Shown piece by piece: positions 11,567 through 24,927 of a stretch of 64,000 nucleotides of DNA. Origin of the DNA: Neophaeotheca triangularis. Its lineage: Eukaryota. Location of the stretch: the NCBI GenBank assembly GCA_054600435.1, contig BAAIJX010000012.1, positions 434,001 through 498,000 on the forward strand, given 5' to 3'. Below the pieces are notes generated by a model that searched no databases, was not told the origin of the DNA, and saw only the letters and a list, made by a program, of their open reading frames with translations. Both the position numbers and the translations under genes were made by a program. Each line of letters begins with the position of its first letter. The stretch's first letter is position 1.

Positions 11567-13199
11567 TCGAAAAGGAGGACTGTCTACGAGGTGGTGAATT
11601 CGTGGACATGGCATGCTTACGGCTGAGCTTTCTTTCTGGGACATTGTTATTCACCCGAGAGTGAGAGGATGTGGGTACTGGGTTTGAGAGAGACCGAGCA
11701 AGAGCTGAGAGTGGAGCGGCGGCCTTTTCTTTTCTTCTCGTCTTCAAAGATACCCCGAAGCGGACGACACGGACGAAGTAATGGGTGAAATTGATCATAA
11801 TGGGCGTTTAATGGGCTTTGGAGGGTATGACTATGGGGGGTGTCTCCAAACTGCGTGAGAGCTCGGATCAGATGCACTGCATGCACCGAGAGCTTCTGAT
11901 GGTCGTGTCATTCAAGCACATGGCTTTCCGGACGGCGACAACGCTTTCGACCTACGGCTAAAACTGCACTGTCGTTAGCAAGGTGCTTACTGAGTTCGCA
12001 TCAAACGAGATAGTGGAATGGAACAAACCATGTCAATGAAAGAGCGTGCTCATTACCTACTGTCTGGCAATGCTTCCGACCCCATCCCATCTCGTCCAAT
12101 CCAACTCACTCTCCCCTTCTCCCCACCTCAACTTTCCTTTTACATCCTCGACCTAGTTCCCGCTTCCTATCGACGGCGCCCACCACCGCTTATTAGCCCC
12201 TCTCCGGCTCCAGATGCCAACTTACCCCACTCTCCCCTGCTTCCTTCACTTACCTACTTTACACCATTGTCAGAGCCTGGATACCAAGTACGCCGACCCT
12301 TGGATGGGAAAACAAGAGCGCTCGACTCGCGGACAAAGATGTCGTAACGACAGTGCCAACAATGGCAGATAGTCTGCGGGGTGGGGGTAGTGAGGTGTTG
12401 CGTTGGATTGGCAGCGTTGCGAGTGGAGTTCTACATAGACTGGGATTTTGTCTGGAAGAAAGCGGGAGAGGACATTTTGGGACATGGAGGAGTAGAGTGA
12501 GATGTTATAGTTTCTATAGGTTGTGAGTCTCGTCGGTGGCATGCGGGACGCTTTCCACCACCGCTACCCTTCCACCCCTTTCCTTGTTTCGTCTAGTCTC
12601 TGAGAGTGTCTGCCGCTCTCCAGGCTCAGGCGTACGGTTGGCGATGTTGCTGCTTCCTTTGCAAGCGCGAAGATGGGCCCACATGCTGTAGGGGAGATCG
12701 GGAATGTGAGTTTGAGCGTTCGGGGTTCCGCGTGCTTGATTGGAGGATGCTAGAATGATTTGTTTGGCGAGGGAGCTGCTCAGGCGCTGGTGTTGTTAGG
12801 TGTAGGCACGTGCTCTGCTTTGCTTTGTTGGAATAGTCCTTGGTCTTGTTCCGTTCCTCGTCACCTCGAGAACCGGACGTAGTGCGATTGCGTTAGTGGT
12901 GCCCATTGGAAGTTGCTTGCGAGGCCTTTGGGTTGGCTTGAGCGGGAGCGTTGGTGCTTCGTTTTGCTCTTAGATAGTGGCCTCTGCTGTTGGTGCTTCA
13001 TAATGGTCGTCCACATGACGAGAGGCATCAAACATGCTTTGGCCCGGCGCTTGCGAGTTGACTTGAAGCGATGCGCTCCCAAAGGCTCAAATCGGAAGCG
13101 TGGCGGCACAGTATCCATAGACGCGCGGCATAGAGCGTCCGCCAGTATCACTCTCTCGTGACCCCCGAACCCTGCCCTTTTCAATCCAAATTCAACCAT

Positions 13200-13836
13200 C
13201 TAGCCTTGTCCATTTCCCTTGGCCTCCCCAGCCCCCGGACTCTTGGCTTCTGGCTCCTTGACCCCCTGGTTCCCATCCTCCCCAAAACCAAGATTGCGCA
13301 TACTATCCGGAGCCATGAGATTCCTGTAGCACTCACTAGTCAGCCAAAGAAAACCCACGACCCAAACCGATGAAACCACGAAAGAAACCCGCAAATCGAC
13401 CCTCATCGTTCTGCCCAACCCGCCACACTCAACGCCACCAAACCGCTCCCTCGCCAGCTCCGCCCTCACGACCCCCCTCCCCTTCAAGACTCCCAAACAA
13501 CTGCCTCCCCAATCTCTCTCTCTCCCACGCCCTGCCAAACCCCTGGCTCAGTCCCCTCCACCCCCTAGCCCCCGCAAACAAAAGAGCCAAACCGCAATCC
13601 AATAGAAAACCACCCTGCCCCAAAAGAACTCACCTCTCCATCCGACACCCCAAGTAAGCCTTACTCAACCCACGACACTCCTCACTGTTGACCCCGCGCG
13701 CACTCTTCAAACACTTCAGATACTCCTTCATAATCGGCTGGCACTCGGCGTCGTGGTCGAGAGGAAAGGAACCGCGTTCCGGCGGCGTGGGCTTGGAGAA
13801 AGTCTGTCGGCCGCCGGGGCCGCCGAAGGTGGACAT
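13200..13836 (-). CDS. COX19: Cytochrome c oxidase assembly protein Cox19 (twin CX9C); intron 13633-13324
   Basis: PTPPERGSFPLDHDAEC-x9-C...C-x9-CRMER, then AG|GTGAGT donor and CAG|G acceptor join to NLMAPDSMRNLGF (end of ORF 13200-13538). Confidence 0.93.
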
Positions 13837-15274
13837 TCTCTGTATGTTATCGGCAAGGGGGAGTTGAAGGGGCGGTATGGGGTTTGGAGACGGCTGGGAG
13901 AGGGGGTGTTTGTTTGGGTCGTGGGGGTCTTGTTCATTTATTAACCTGATGTATGTAGTTAGTACCCTGTAGGTAGGTAGTGAGTTCGTGCTACTGGGTT
14001 GACTAAGCGAGCCAGGGCTAGGTTGCTTACTACCTAGGAAGGTTTAGCGCGAGGGTTTTGCGATTTACTTTACATATTGTATGCATGCATGCATGCACCC
14101 TGCATATCCCTCTGTAAGTATATGGCTTCCTGCGCAATCAGAAGAACATCGCGTACTTAAGACCGCGACACTGCAGGGCAAGGGTACTAGGCTCGCGAGT
14201 AACCGCTCTAGTAGTAAGACTAAACATCGGCACGGTATGACGAACCACCTACAAAACAAGCACTAGAATGGAGACGTTCAGTCAGAATGGAGAAAATTGA
14301 TAACTAGGGGTATAAAAAAAGAGACGGAAACAGAGAGAGAAAGAACACAAGTCGATCTATCCACAATTCGAGTCCACCCAAGCAACATCGAAAACAAGTC
14401 CCTGCCCCATCCGTCGATGCACCAAAAGAGAAAGGGAAAAGCCAGTTCCGCCATCATGCATGCATGCTACGCCCCCGTCGCCGGAACTTCATCCCACAGT
14501 GTTGTGTGGTACTCGCATCGTCATCGTCGATCGTGACTCGCATTCGCTAGCCGTCGAACTCCAGGTAAGCAGTCGAAAATAAGCAGTCGAAAAGATGTTA
14601 TGAGAGGGAATTGGGAAAATGCTGGGTCCGTGGTGTATCGTTGACTCCGAGAACGCTGTGGAAAGCCGCCTAGATATGCTGGTGTTGATTGTTAGGTGAT
14701 GTCGTGGGGTGGGGACGAGGGAAGTCCGTCTGTAGTTTCGCAATGCCGCGGACGGAGTGGTGCTATTGCTGGCGTTTGATGCTGGTGTACAGTCACCCGA
14801 AGTGTAGTAGCTGTAGTAGATGGTAGATTATCGGACTGCTGAAAAATCTGATCTGATATTGCCCGCCTTGGTGTCGGTGCTGATGTTGATGTGCTTGATG
14901 CCTGAAGAATAGGATGGCATCGTCTGGGTATCTTGGTATCGGGAAATCGCAGGGCCAAAAGGGCTAACAGACCGACCAGAGCGTAAGCCAACGCCTGTCT
15001 CGTGCCGGCTATGCCTGTATGTCAGATGTATCTGGAAGACTGTTGTGGCTGGGTTTGGTGTGTTGGACGAAATGAGATCGCGCCCTTTTGTGTCTCAGTA
15101 CGGCTGTCTCATCCTGAAGCAAGACATGACATGTAAGGGGCACATGCTGAAGGGTCGCTGATCTATTCTGCTCGGAGGTCGCTCGGGGCGACGAATGCCA
15201 GTATTCCCCAGTTCGTTGGGGGTCACGGTTTTCGGGCTCAAAAGTCTGCACCAAGTCGGTGGCGGCGCAGTGTC

Positions 15275-16380
15275 TCAGCCGATCATGCTCGAGAAGTTAT
15301 CCTCCTCTTTGAAGTCGTAGTCAATATCACCGCCAAAGTTGTGGATCTGCATGTGAGACATTCTGCCACTGCTTGCGCCACTGCCTCCAGACTGGAAGCC
15401 TGGGCTGGTGGTTGGGTGGTTGCTATAACCATTTCCGTCGCCGTTGGTGGGGTCGCCAGCAATGTTCGTGAAGCCAGGGACCCTGAGCCCAGAGCCATTG
15501 GAGCGAGAGTACTCGGTAAAGCCACCGTGCTTGTTGATAATCTCCATGAGCTCACTGTCCATGCGGCGCTCCTCTTCGCTTTGAGGGAACGGCCATTCCT
15601 GACCAAGACTCTCCAGCATTTGCTTGAGCTTTTGTTCCCGAGTCATCCTTTCCTGCATCATCCACATCAAGTCGCGAGTCCAAGCAACAGAGCCGTTGAG
15701 GATGTCGCCCTTGTTCGGCCCCTTGTCCTTGTCTTCGAGAGGCAAGCCTTGCGTGATACCGCCGGACGTGGCTCTACGGCCTTGAGGGCCAGCAAGCAGT
15801 GACGTGGCAGCGTTCGGTGGCGACATGCCAGTACTGGCTGCAATTGAAGGAGAGAGCGGCGCGTTGGTCTGGAGATGCTTACGGACCTTCTCGTCCTCGA
15901 GTCTGTGCTGCGGGACCAGGGCGCCGAGATCTTGAATGCGCTCGTTGATGTTGTCGCGACGACGGCGCTCAACCATATTGTGAGACTCGCGACGCCTTCT
16001 ACGCTTGGCCTCTTGAGACTGCATGCCTGGCATACCACCTCCCTCAATCTTCGTCGGGAGAGAGGAGGCGACTTTGCTGTGGTGAGAAGTGTTCTTCATG
16101 ACGCCCTCAATTTGTGGGTGAATACCAGCGCCGGTGTTGGGTGACGCAAAAGGAGACTCGTTCCAGCTGTGGCCACTAGGAGTGCTCTCCCATCCATTGC
16201 CCATGGAAGCTGCTTGACGTTGGTGGCGGATTGGTTGGTTGTTGGAGTGAAACTCGTCGCTGCCTATCTGTAGACTCTGCATGCCTGGGGTCGTAGGTGA
16301 ACGTGGGTCTGACAGTTTGCGATCGATTGCTGCCGCATGCGGCCGCAGGCCGCCCTGCTGCGGGAGGCTGTGCCCGCCGA

Positions 16381-16411
<31 letters not shown>

Positions 16412-17087
16412 ACCCACAGGGCGGAACTGATTGTAGTTGAATTCGCCCGTAAACGGCGACTGAATGGGGCCACCGTCGGGGGTGCTGGAGTACATGTTCA
16501 TTTGTTGTTGCTGGTTCATGCCGTTATGGAAGAAGTTGCCCATACCCTGGTTCACGTCGAAGTTGTCTTGTGGTCCGCCTGCGCCAAAATTGAGGTCCAT
16601 AAGCTCGTCGTCGGCGATACCGGCGTTACCCATATTGAAGCTCGAGGCCATGTTGGTCTGACTCTGCGACATGCTGTTGGAGAGGCCGGAAGGTTGGATG
16701 TTCATGTTGCCGTTGTACTGGATCTGGTGTGAGTTTGATTGACCGGGGTATGTCATGTAGTTGTTGTCGAAGAAGTCGTTGGGTTCGGATTTGATGTAGG
16801 GAGAGCCGTGGCCAGCCATACCGGAGGCGTCGCTGTAGTCACCGTAACCGAAGTCAACCGGCGAGTCGTGCTTGTCTGAGTTCGGTGAAGGTTTGTCGTG
16901 TGTCTCGAACTGAGGGAACGTAGTGAGGGTTTCACGTCGAGCTATAGGGAGAAGTCAGCCGGGATCCTGAAAGGGAAAACCAAGTCGGAGCAGTGGTGCC
17001 GTGATGCCGTCTCGTAGTTGAGACGATCCGATGCCACGTTCAGCGAGAAAGCGCCAGGATAGGAAGACACTTACGATTCGCCGTCAT
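15275..17087 (-). CDS. bHLH transcription factor (Rtg3/MiT-TFE-like fungal family); probable short coding exon 17087-17075 and intron 17074-16942
   Basis: KRRRRRESHNMVERRRRDNINERIQDL...PNKGDIL bHLH with long loop, plus polyQ. Upstream ATGACGGCGAATC|GTAAGT...GCTGAC...TAG splices in frame with ATG 16819, adding 45 aa. Confidence 0.85.
16383..16410. repeat. (CTG/CAG)n tract encoding polyQ in the bHLH factor
   Basis: About 9 consecutive ctg units. Confidence 0.9.
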
Positions 17088-18354
17088 TGAAGCTCTCAAT
17101 GCATATAAGTCGGGTAGATTGTCAGTCGTCCAAATTCACCAGTCTGGTGTATCACAAGTCAGTTGCCACGACCTCGATCAAAGCTACAAATCGGCGCGCA
17201 GCTCACGGTGATATGCTTCTTCCGAGGTCGGTGTGAAGCTCTGATGTCAGACCCCCCAAGTATGCTCGAGCTCTTTCGGAGTGTAGCTGTTTGCCTGTAC
17301 AACAACGTGCCCGATTCCCCGTAGTCCAATGCCCGTAAGCAGCCGGCTTTCGAGGCGGTGTGTGAGGTTACACAACAGCTGCTCCGATCGCGTGGGTACA
17401 AGGAAGCTCTGTCGAGGGTAGGGGTGAAGGAATTTGGTCGAAGGTGTTGATGTGTATGTCTGTTTGCGAGTATTAGTTAGCTTGATACTTAAACAGGCGG
17501 ATATGGTTATCAACAAGCGGCTGGGTGCGATATGCGAAAGCATGAAGCTCGAGGCGCATTCGAGACACCAGGCCTAGGCCGTGGCTTGGTCCAGCGCTTA
17601 TGCATAATAGCAAGGCCAGACCAAGAGGTATGCCTGAGCATAAAGGAAGTCAAGTGTGTCTGGGAAAGAGTTGCCATCTTGGTAGATAAGATAGTAGTCG
17701 AGTGAAGTTGCGTGCGACATCTCGCGCCGAGATGCAAACCACAGCGAAAGACAGTAGAAAGATAGAAGGATGCTTACCTGTTATGTAGAAGTCCAAGGGG
17801 CTTTAAGAGGGATGTGATTGTCGGTGTTGTGGTAGTTATCAATCAGGAGGAAGAAAGGTCGTAGGCCTTGGGGCCAAAGATATAGTTGGATTCGGCGGCT
17901 TTTGCTCGTGAAGTTTGCTTGCGCAGCGCCTTGTGAAGATGGTATCAGCGAGAGCTTGTGAAAGGCTTCGTCGCTGTCGCAGGGCTGTGACGCTCCAACA
18001 GCGTACGGCGCTTAATGCCGGCTGTAGAGGAAAAGTGAGTAGCTACAGCAAAGGTACGGTGGCCGTGGGTGGTTGTGGTGGTGGTGGTGGGCTGGTGGGG
18101 AGGGTGTTGTGCGACGCGGTGACTGTGGGAGTAGGTTAGGTAAGGTACCTAAGTTGATGTCGCAGGGTCGGGTCCACTTTCGAATGCCAAGCTGGGGACT
18201 TTGGTGGGGAAGGGTTGGCCCTTGCTCGCTGAAATCCGGAGGAAAAGCGGACGACCCCGGTCGAGAGCTGGCTGTGGTGGACTGGTGGTGGAAGCTTTGG
18301 AGGGGCTGTCTCGGACGGGCAGATTGGTGGATGAGGTGATGAGGCGAGACGATG

Positions 18355-18391
18355 CGTGTGTGTATGTGTGCGTGTGTGTATGTGTGTGTGC
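18355..18391. repeat. Imperfect (TG)n microsatellite
   Basis: cgtgtgtgtatgtgtgcgtgtgtgtatgtgtgtgtgc. Confidence 0.85.
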
Positions 18392-19667
18392 GACGGGCCT
18401 GTCAGCGTCTCCCGGTCCTTGGGATAATGGACAGGTCGCACGGGGCCTCCGATGAGAATTCCGAGTCGCAGGATGCAAGGTGAGTGTAGTAAAAGGCAAA
18501 AAGAAGAGGTGTGGCAGAGTCAGCCCTGGAAGTCGATAGTAGTAATAGCTCGAATAGACCAACTCGGAGTCGGCGGCGACAGTCGTGATGCCAAACGAAA
18601 TAATGTGAGGCTGTGCTTGTGAATGACGATTCCTGCCGGGCGTTCCGTCTCCGACTAACTTCCTGTCTATCTGGAGTATCGACGAATCTGGGGAGAGGCG
18701 TGGCTGTAACTTAAACCTTGCCGCCGACGTGTCTGTGTGAGGTATGCGTCGATGTTGGCGTTGATGTCGAGGATGAGTATATATGCGAGCTTTTGTTCTG
18801 TGCTGGGGTCGGGTCGCGTTGATGTCTGTCTGGTCACGGGATCGATGAGGCGAGCTGAGTCCAAGTATCCCGAGGCAGCCTGTTTGATAACCGCACTCGA
18901 GCAAAGAGGTGGAAAAGGGCAGAGGGAATTGGCACAGCTTTATGCATGACCATCCATGTATTCGAAGCCTACAGACCCTGCCCTACCCATCCCATCCCAT
19001 CCCATCCCATACCGTCCCATCCCATACCTCAAACGGCCGGCACGAGCAAGACTATGTGCCTTTTAGTCTCACATATCCTGCGCGTGCATACTTGGTGACT
19101 CATGATTCGACTCTCTCCGGCCCATGGGCCATGACCGTTGCTCTTTGATCCAGCCCGTCGGAGCTGTCTTGGCGTAGCTTTACACTTTACGGCAGAAGAA
19201 AAAGGGTAAAGTGTGATGAAGATTGTGGTGATGGTGGTGGTGGAGATGCTGGTGGAGGGTCGCAGCTTGATCGCTGGTGTGTGGCGCCTGTGTGAGACAA
19301 TCTCCTGGCCCGAGCAAACAGCTCTGCGTGCTATCCCGGTTCGCAATACCCTGTCATGCCTTATCTCTGCATACTAGTCCTCGTAAACGGAAATCCCAGG
19401 TCTGGTCTTTCTGTGGGCCGTCAAGCGTTTACATCCCAACTTGGTGGTTAGTTGCTCCAGTCCGACCTCAGTCAGTCGGTCTCGCTGGGCGTGCTCAAGG
19501 TCTATCGGGCATCTCGATAGCCAGGGGAATCATGCAATAATGTTCAAACACCACGGTACCAAAGCGGCGGTGGCAGCTTGTGCTTCTAGAGTCGCGCAGC
19601 ATTCTTTGGCCGAAACCTGTAGCTCGAGTTAGCAGGCAGGAGGTACCGTAGCTGTCACTACACCCAA

Positions 19668-19745
19668 CCGCTACGGCTACCACTACCACTACCACTACCA
19701 CTGCAACTGCCACTGCAACTGCCACTGCCACTGCCCTACCACTGT
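19668..19745. repeat. Compound hexamer microsatellite (CCACTA/CCACTG/CAACTG)
   Basis: ctaccactaccactaccactaccactgcaactgccactgcaactgccactgccactg. Confidence 0.8.
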
Positions 19746-20847
19746 TCTAGCACATCCCCCCAAACACGAATCAAGGCATTGCACGACCAAGGCTCGAAAC
19801 CATTGCGAGACTGGCGGTTTCGAGGCCTCCTGTCTAGGACCTGGAGCTGGAGCAGTGCTAGACATGGAGAAAGAGGCATCACACGCCACATGCCAGGCTG
19901 CGTCTGTCCGCTCTCTGTCTAAGACTGCTGTCATTGGACACATTTGCCAGAGTCAGTCATGAGCCACTTCTCTCCAATTGCCCTCGATTCGAATGCTCCG
20001 ACGATCATCTGCATGCAAGCAATCCGCCCTCCCGCGCCGACGGAAGATCGTGCATGATTTTAATCGTGCAGACAACCAACAACGGGGAGCTGCTCGACCC
20101 TTTGCCGCTTGGCCAGTGTCAATCAATCCCTGCACACAGCAGAACGTCTTGTTATTGATATTCCATTATTAGGAAGTATTAGTCTATTACTTACTAGGCC
20201 TGTTCTGACTCTGCATATATCATTACTATCGGCTTGTTGCAGCTTCCAAGTCCTTTAGCGGCAACCTCCTCCACGAAGCGCCTACACCCAAAGAACATCA
20301 TGTAGCCGCTACCTATCCTCGCCACCGTCGGACTGCCCATTTCGAGCCCCGCCACCGCCTGTTTTTGCCCGCCTCGAGATTTGCATAGCTACTTGGCTGT
20401 ATAAGATGGGTTGGTGGTTGATAATACCTACCTTACCTTACCTAAACTATTCCTGGCCTTTTCAGTTCTGACCTTGTCTGTACGGGCTCGCCTCCGCCCC
20501 CGCACTTCCAATCGGCTCGCGCGGCAGCCTAGAGAAAAATAGCTGGCCAGTGCCTACCTTCCCTGACCTCCTAGCTAGCACCTACGCGTCTACCCAATAG
20601 GCAACACTTTAAACTCGTTAAACTTGAACAACTCCCGTTCTGCTGTAACCCTCGACGGCCCGTGTGGAGACCTTGAAGCTTTACTTTAACTACAGTCGCA
20701 CCCTAACTGGTAACAACTACCTTACCTCACCTGGGCAGTACCTGGCCTACCTACCCACACCCACCACACACGCACGTTGGCACGCAGCTAAAGCAGCCCC
20801 GCAACGACAGTCGCCAACAGCTGTTGACAGCCATAGTCAGCTCAGCC

Positions 20848-22808
20848 ATGGCGTCTTCCTCCTTCAGAGATAGCATCAACAGTCTGGGCTGGTCGCGACG
20901 AGAGGAGCCTGCCAATACCAACAACCAACAAAACCCCCTCCTCGGCAATCTCAACAGGTTCAATCCCTTCAGCAATGAGGGTTTTGTCCGTTTACCTACA
21001 GTCGAGAGCGAGGCTGCCGCGCCTGGGGCGCCGTTGCCAGCTAGGACTCGGCGCGAAGAGGAGGAAGGGTGGTTTGCGCGTAAGTCTACACTTTACTACC
21101 TCCTTTTTCTTACTCGTCCACACGCACATACCATCTCCCCGTTCCATACCGCCCGAGCTTCCTGCTTTGCCGATTTGCCACCCGTTGCTGCATGTTTGCC
21201 TCGCCATCTGTGCATCATCAATACGAAGAGCGTGGGGGTCTGGTGATGCCCACCAGTACCCTTTAGCGCTTTACTCTAGTCTCTGCAAGACATTGTCGCA
21301 TCCTGCACAAATGGTCACTGTGACCCGAGGCGAAGTTCCTGCGTCCTGCTGAACATAGCATGAGGCATGCCGTTTCCACATCACTTTCTTCTCTATTCGC
21401 TTGTCTTGTTTTTCCTACCCGCACAACCCCGGCACTGCCACCTCGGATCTTGACCCGAGACACTATTTCACTAACAATTCACCTACAGTGAGTCGATGGG
21501 ACCGCCTGCTTGTTTTTGGCGGCCTCAATCTCGCGGCTGTGGCTCTGTTCGTCATTTGCTTTACGCTACTTCCAATTCTCAGTCTTCGGCCAAGAAAGTT
21601 CGCCATATTGTAAGTCTAATGTTTCTCTGCCCATTCTTACGGATCTCCTCGAATCGTCCCCGGCACAAGCACCCACCGATCTCGTATAGGGTGTTGCCTT
21701 GCCGTGGTCTTCATATATTGTCCACGATGGAAGCATCATCATCGGCACGAAGGCGACTTGAACAACGCGCCACGCGATGTCGTTTCGACTTCACAGTGTG
21801 CCCACCATCGGACGCTAAAGCAGTGGGAGCGCCCGCCTGACCACAAATGCGGCCGGGGTCTGCAGCCATCCCGCTGCAGGTAGAGCTATACTAGCTTTGT
21901 GTTGATCTGTCTTGTCTTTCGACTTCATTCAGGCCTACCAATACCCCCTGCACATCACCTTCGTACACTATGGTCCTTGGCCATGCCGTACCCTATCCCA
22001 CGCACCCTCTCAGCAATTTGGCAAAGTATCGACGCTAACGTCAGATCAGATGGTCGATGGCCTCCGCTCTCTTCCTCAGCTCGTGGGCAGTCATGATGGG
22101 CCCAATGGTCTACGGTAAGTCAAACTACACCCATCACACCCTCATCCACGCAAGTCCGCGGAAACAACCGCTCGCACATCTCCATGGCTTGCGTAGATCT
22201 GGGGTCGAGCACCACTCCATAACACTCTCGCTACTCTCGCCACTCTGGCAGGCATTACATGCATCCTCACCGTTGCAAAGTACCGGAGGTAGATTGAGCA
22301 ATCATTGTGCAAGCCAACGTCGCTAATCACGTCTTGCATAACTCCAGTACGCCACCTGATCTCGCAAGAGCGACTGCCATTTACCGCGACTTATTTTGGC
22401 TCGATAGCTCTAACACTCTACTTCGCCGTCGGGGTAAGCTCCTCATCCCCATCATCTTGTTCTCGTGTAGCAGTAGCATCCTGCCTAGACTTGCGAGCGA
22501 GTCATGCAAGCTCCTCGCCACAACACCTTCACACCAACTTCCCTGCCACTTGCTGCTTCCATCTGACCACCCCTATATCCGCAATATCCCTGCTTCCTGT
22601 GGCAAACGAAATCTCAAGATAACGGTCTCTCGCTAATAACTCTGAAACCGAACAGCTCCAGAACACTCTCCTCACCCTCGTCTGCGCTATCGTTCAGCTC
22701 GTCTCCCTCGTCTGGTACCTCGTCAGCTACTTCCCTATGGGCTCGCAGGGCTTGCGCTTCGCCGCGCGGTTTGGAGGCGGAAGAGTGGCCGCTTGGATGA
22801 ACGGTTGA
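20848..22808 (+). CDS. SFT2: Golgi vesicle-transport protein Sft2; introns 21080-21488, 21610-22049, 22115-22347, 22434-22655
   Basis: Spliced translation MASSSFRDSINSLGWSRR...EEEEGWFA|LSRWDRLLVFGG...LRPRKFAIL|WSMASALFLSSWAVMMGPMVY|VRHLISQERLPFTATYFGSIALTLYFAVG|LQNTLLTL...WYLVSYFPMGSQGLRFAARFGGGRVAAWMNG*. All four introns have GTAAG donors and CTAAC/CTAAT branch sites. Confidence 0.92.
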
Positions 22809-24927
22809 GCGCACCATCAGCTTTGCTTGCTGGAGTGCAGACGACGGGCGGAAACAATGGGGCTGTAATTACGTCGCAACACAGCGAGCATACCAGGTAA
22901 AAGAGGATGGAGGTGCAGCGCAGACCCCGAGCACGTCTCCAGCGTCGTAACACCCCTGCCAGCATAAACAGCCACAAGAAGCTCGTGCTAAACCTTCTTC
23001 AACACCACCAGCCCCCAAAACCTTCCAAATTCCCATCTCATTACATCCCTACTACCGCTGCAACCCCATTGCTCCCCAAACTCCATTGCCCCTTAAGCAC
23101 CCAAACCACCAAACCCCGTCCCACCCGCCGCTTGCAAAGCAGCCTCGCACAAGAAATCGAACCCCGTACAACCAACAAACAGGCCCGGCGCTACGTCTCC
23201 CATGCGCAACGGTCCCCTGCAGCCCCGTGATGTGAGATCTAGCATATTGCTTTGCTGCCTCGGACGTTTGACAAGTCGACAGCTTCGGCCTGACCGCCGC
23301 TCCTCATCGACCCGACGACTCTTGTCGTCCATTTAGCGCCTTAAGAAGAGTACGTACGCCCGCTCAACGCCCACTCATCTCGATGCCAAAGAGTGATAAG
23401 GAAAAACGAAAATCCCCCAGCCGAAGAGCCAGCTAGCTCTATATCACGACCGCGAAGCCCCGAAGCTACCGCGCAGAAGCAAGAGGCGCCTCGAAGCCTG
23501 TACGCACCCGCAGCCCTTGTTGTTGATGTTGTTGTTGTTGTTTGGTAATCCGCGTGCGACCGACCTTTCAAAAAAACCGGGTAGCTACAGCAGGTCGCGC
23601 GCGCGTTGCACTGACGGCGACGCCTCGGCTTTGGGCGGGAATCTGGAGTTTGGCGGAGAGGAGGGGGAGGAGAGAGTGCCCGCTTGGTTTCTGCGACGGG
23701 TGTGCGCAAGAGCCGTTCGCGGTCGTTGTTCGTTGTGGGGCGTCTGGTGTTGTTTTGCGGAAGCTGGGAGCTAGCTAGAGCGGGTGTGCGACTGCGGTGG
23801 CGATGGCTTGGTTGACAGGTTGTTTGTACCTGAGGGGACGAGGGGGGTTTCCTTTGTTCGCTGCTGGCTGTTGTTGGTTTTGGTAGACTATCTACAGGGT
23901 TTCACACGGATCTTGTGGAGCTTGGGGCTAGTAGGCCTTGCGTTTTCGGTGTCTGCGTTTTGATGGCGGTGCTTGGTCTAGCTTTGGATTTTGGTGGGAT
24001 TGACGTTTTGGGTTTTTGACATTGACACTGACACTGACAGGCGGCTGACTGACGGGTGATTCTGCTTTGCCGGGGTGTGAGCACTACAGTTGCTTCTGGT
24101 GGGAAGTTGATAGAGTGGTGGTGGTGGCGGCTGCGGTTGGCAGCCGATCTACAAGTGTTACGTGCCAGGATTCGGTGATAGTGGTGACGGGGACGTGAGG
24201 TTGAAGGGAAACGAAATGTGGTAGTGAGCAACAAAGATAGGGGTCCTGGGTTTTGGCTTTTGACCTCCTTTCGTCTTGGTTTAAGGTTACCAAACTAGGA
24301 GGCGGGAAGTAAAATTGGCGATTTTGGGTCATGGTGATTGTGGTTAGGGCCTGCTCTTGAGGAAAAGGTACGGGAGACTGTATGGCGCGCAGAGTCATAC
24401 CAGGCTAACGAATACAAGAATCTTTCTGGATGGAGTTGAAGTTGCTATAGAGAGTAGTCGATAGTGCATATTTGGAAATAAACATGTAGGATGAAGCCAT
24501 TCAGCTACTGCACTATACCTCACCACCCACGCCACGCCTTGCATCTACCCAATCGTGTAAGTTTTTTACAGTACGAGAGGAGTTGAGATTGCTCATAGAT
24601 ACATTATCGCTCGCTAAACTGGGTATACATGCTGCATCGCTTCTCCGCGTCGTTCCCAACTTCATTCGTAGCTCTCTTCAGTACTAGAAAGGCCACGAAA
24701 AACACCGCAAGAGCGCAAATCGCGCCTCGAAAGTTGCATAGGTCTTCTCTCGAACCCGAAATTGCCGAAACCTTTGAAACACCTTCGCACCAACCTTGTT
24801 GCTCTCCTCCCTTGCGCCACTTGCTTCTCTCCTCGTAGTGATCTGCCATAACGTCGATAGTTGCTTGCTTATTAGACCCCGTCGACCAGAGCCCCTTGCC
24901 TAGCGAACACCCAGCTCAACCTCAGCT

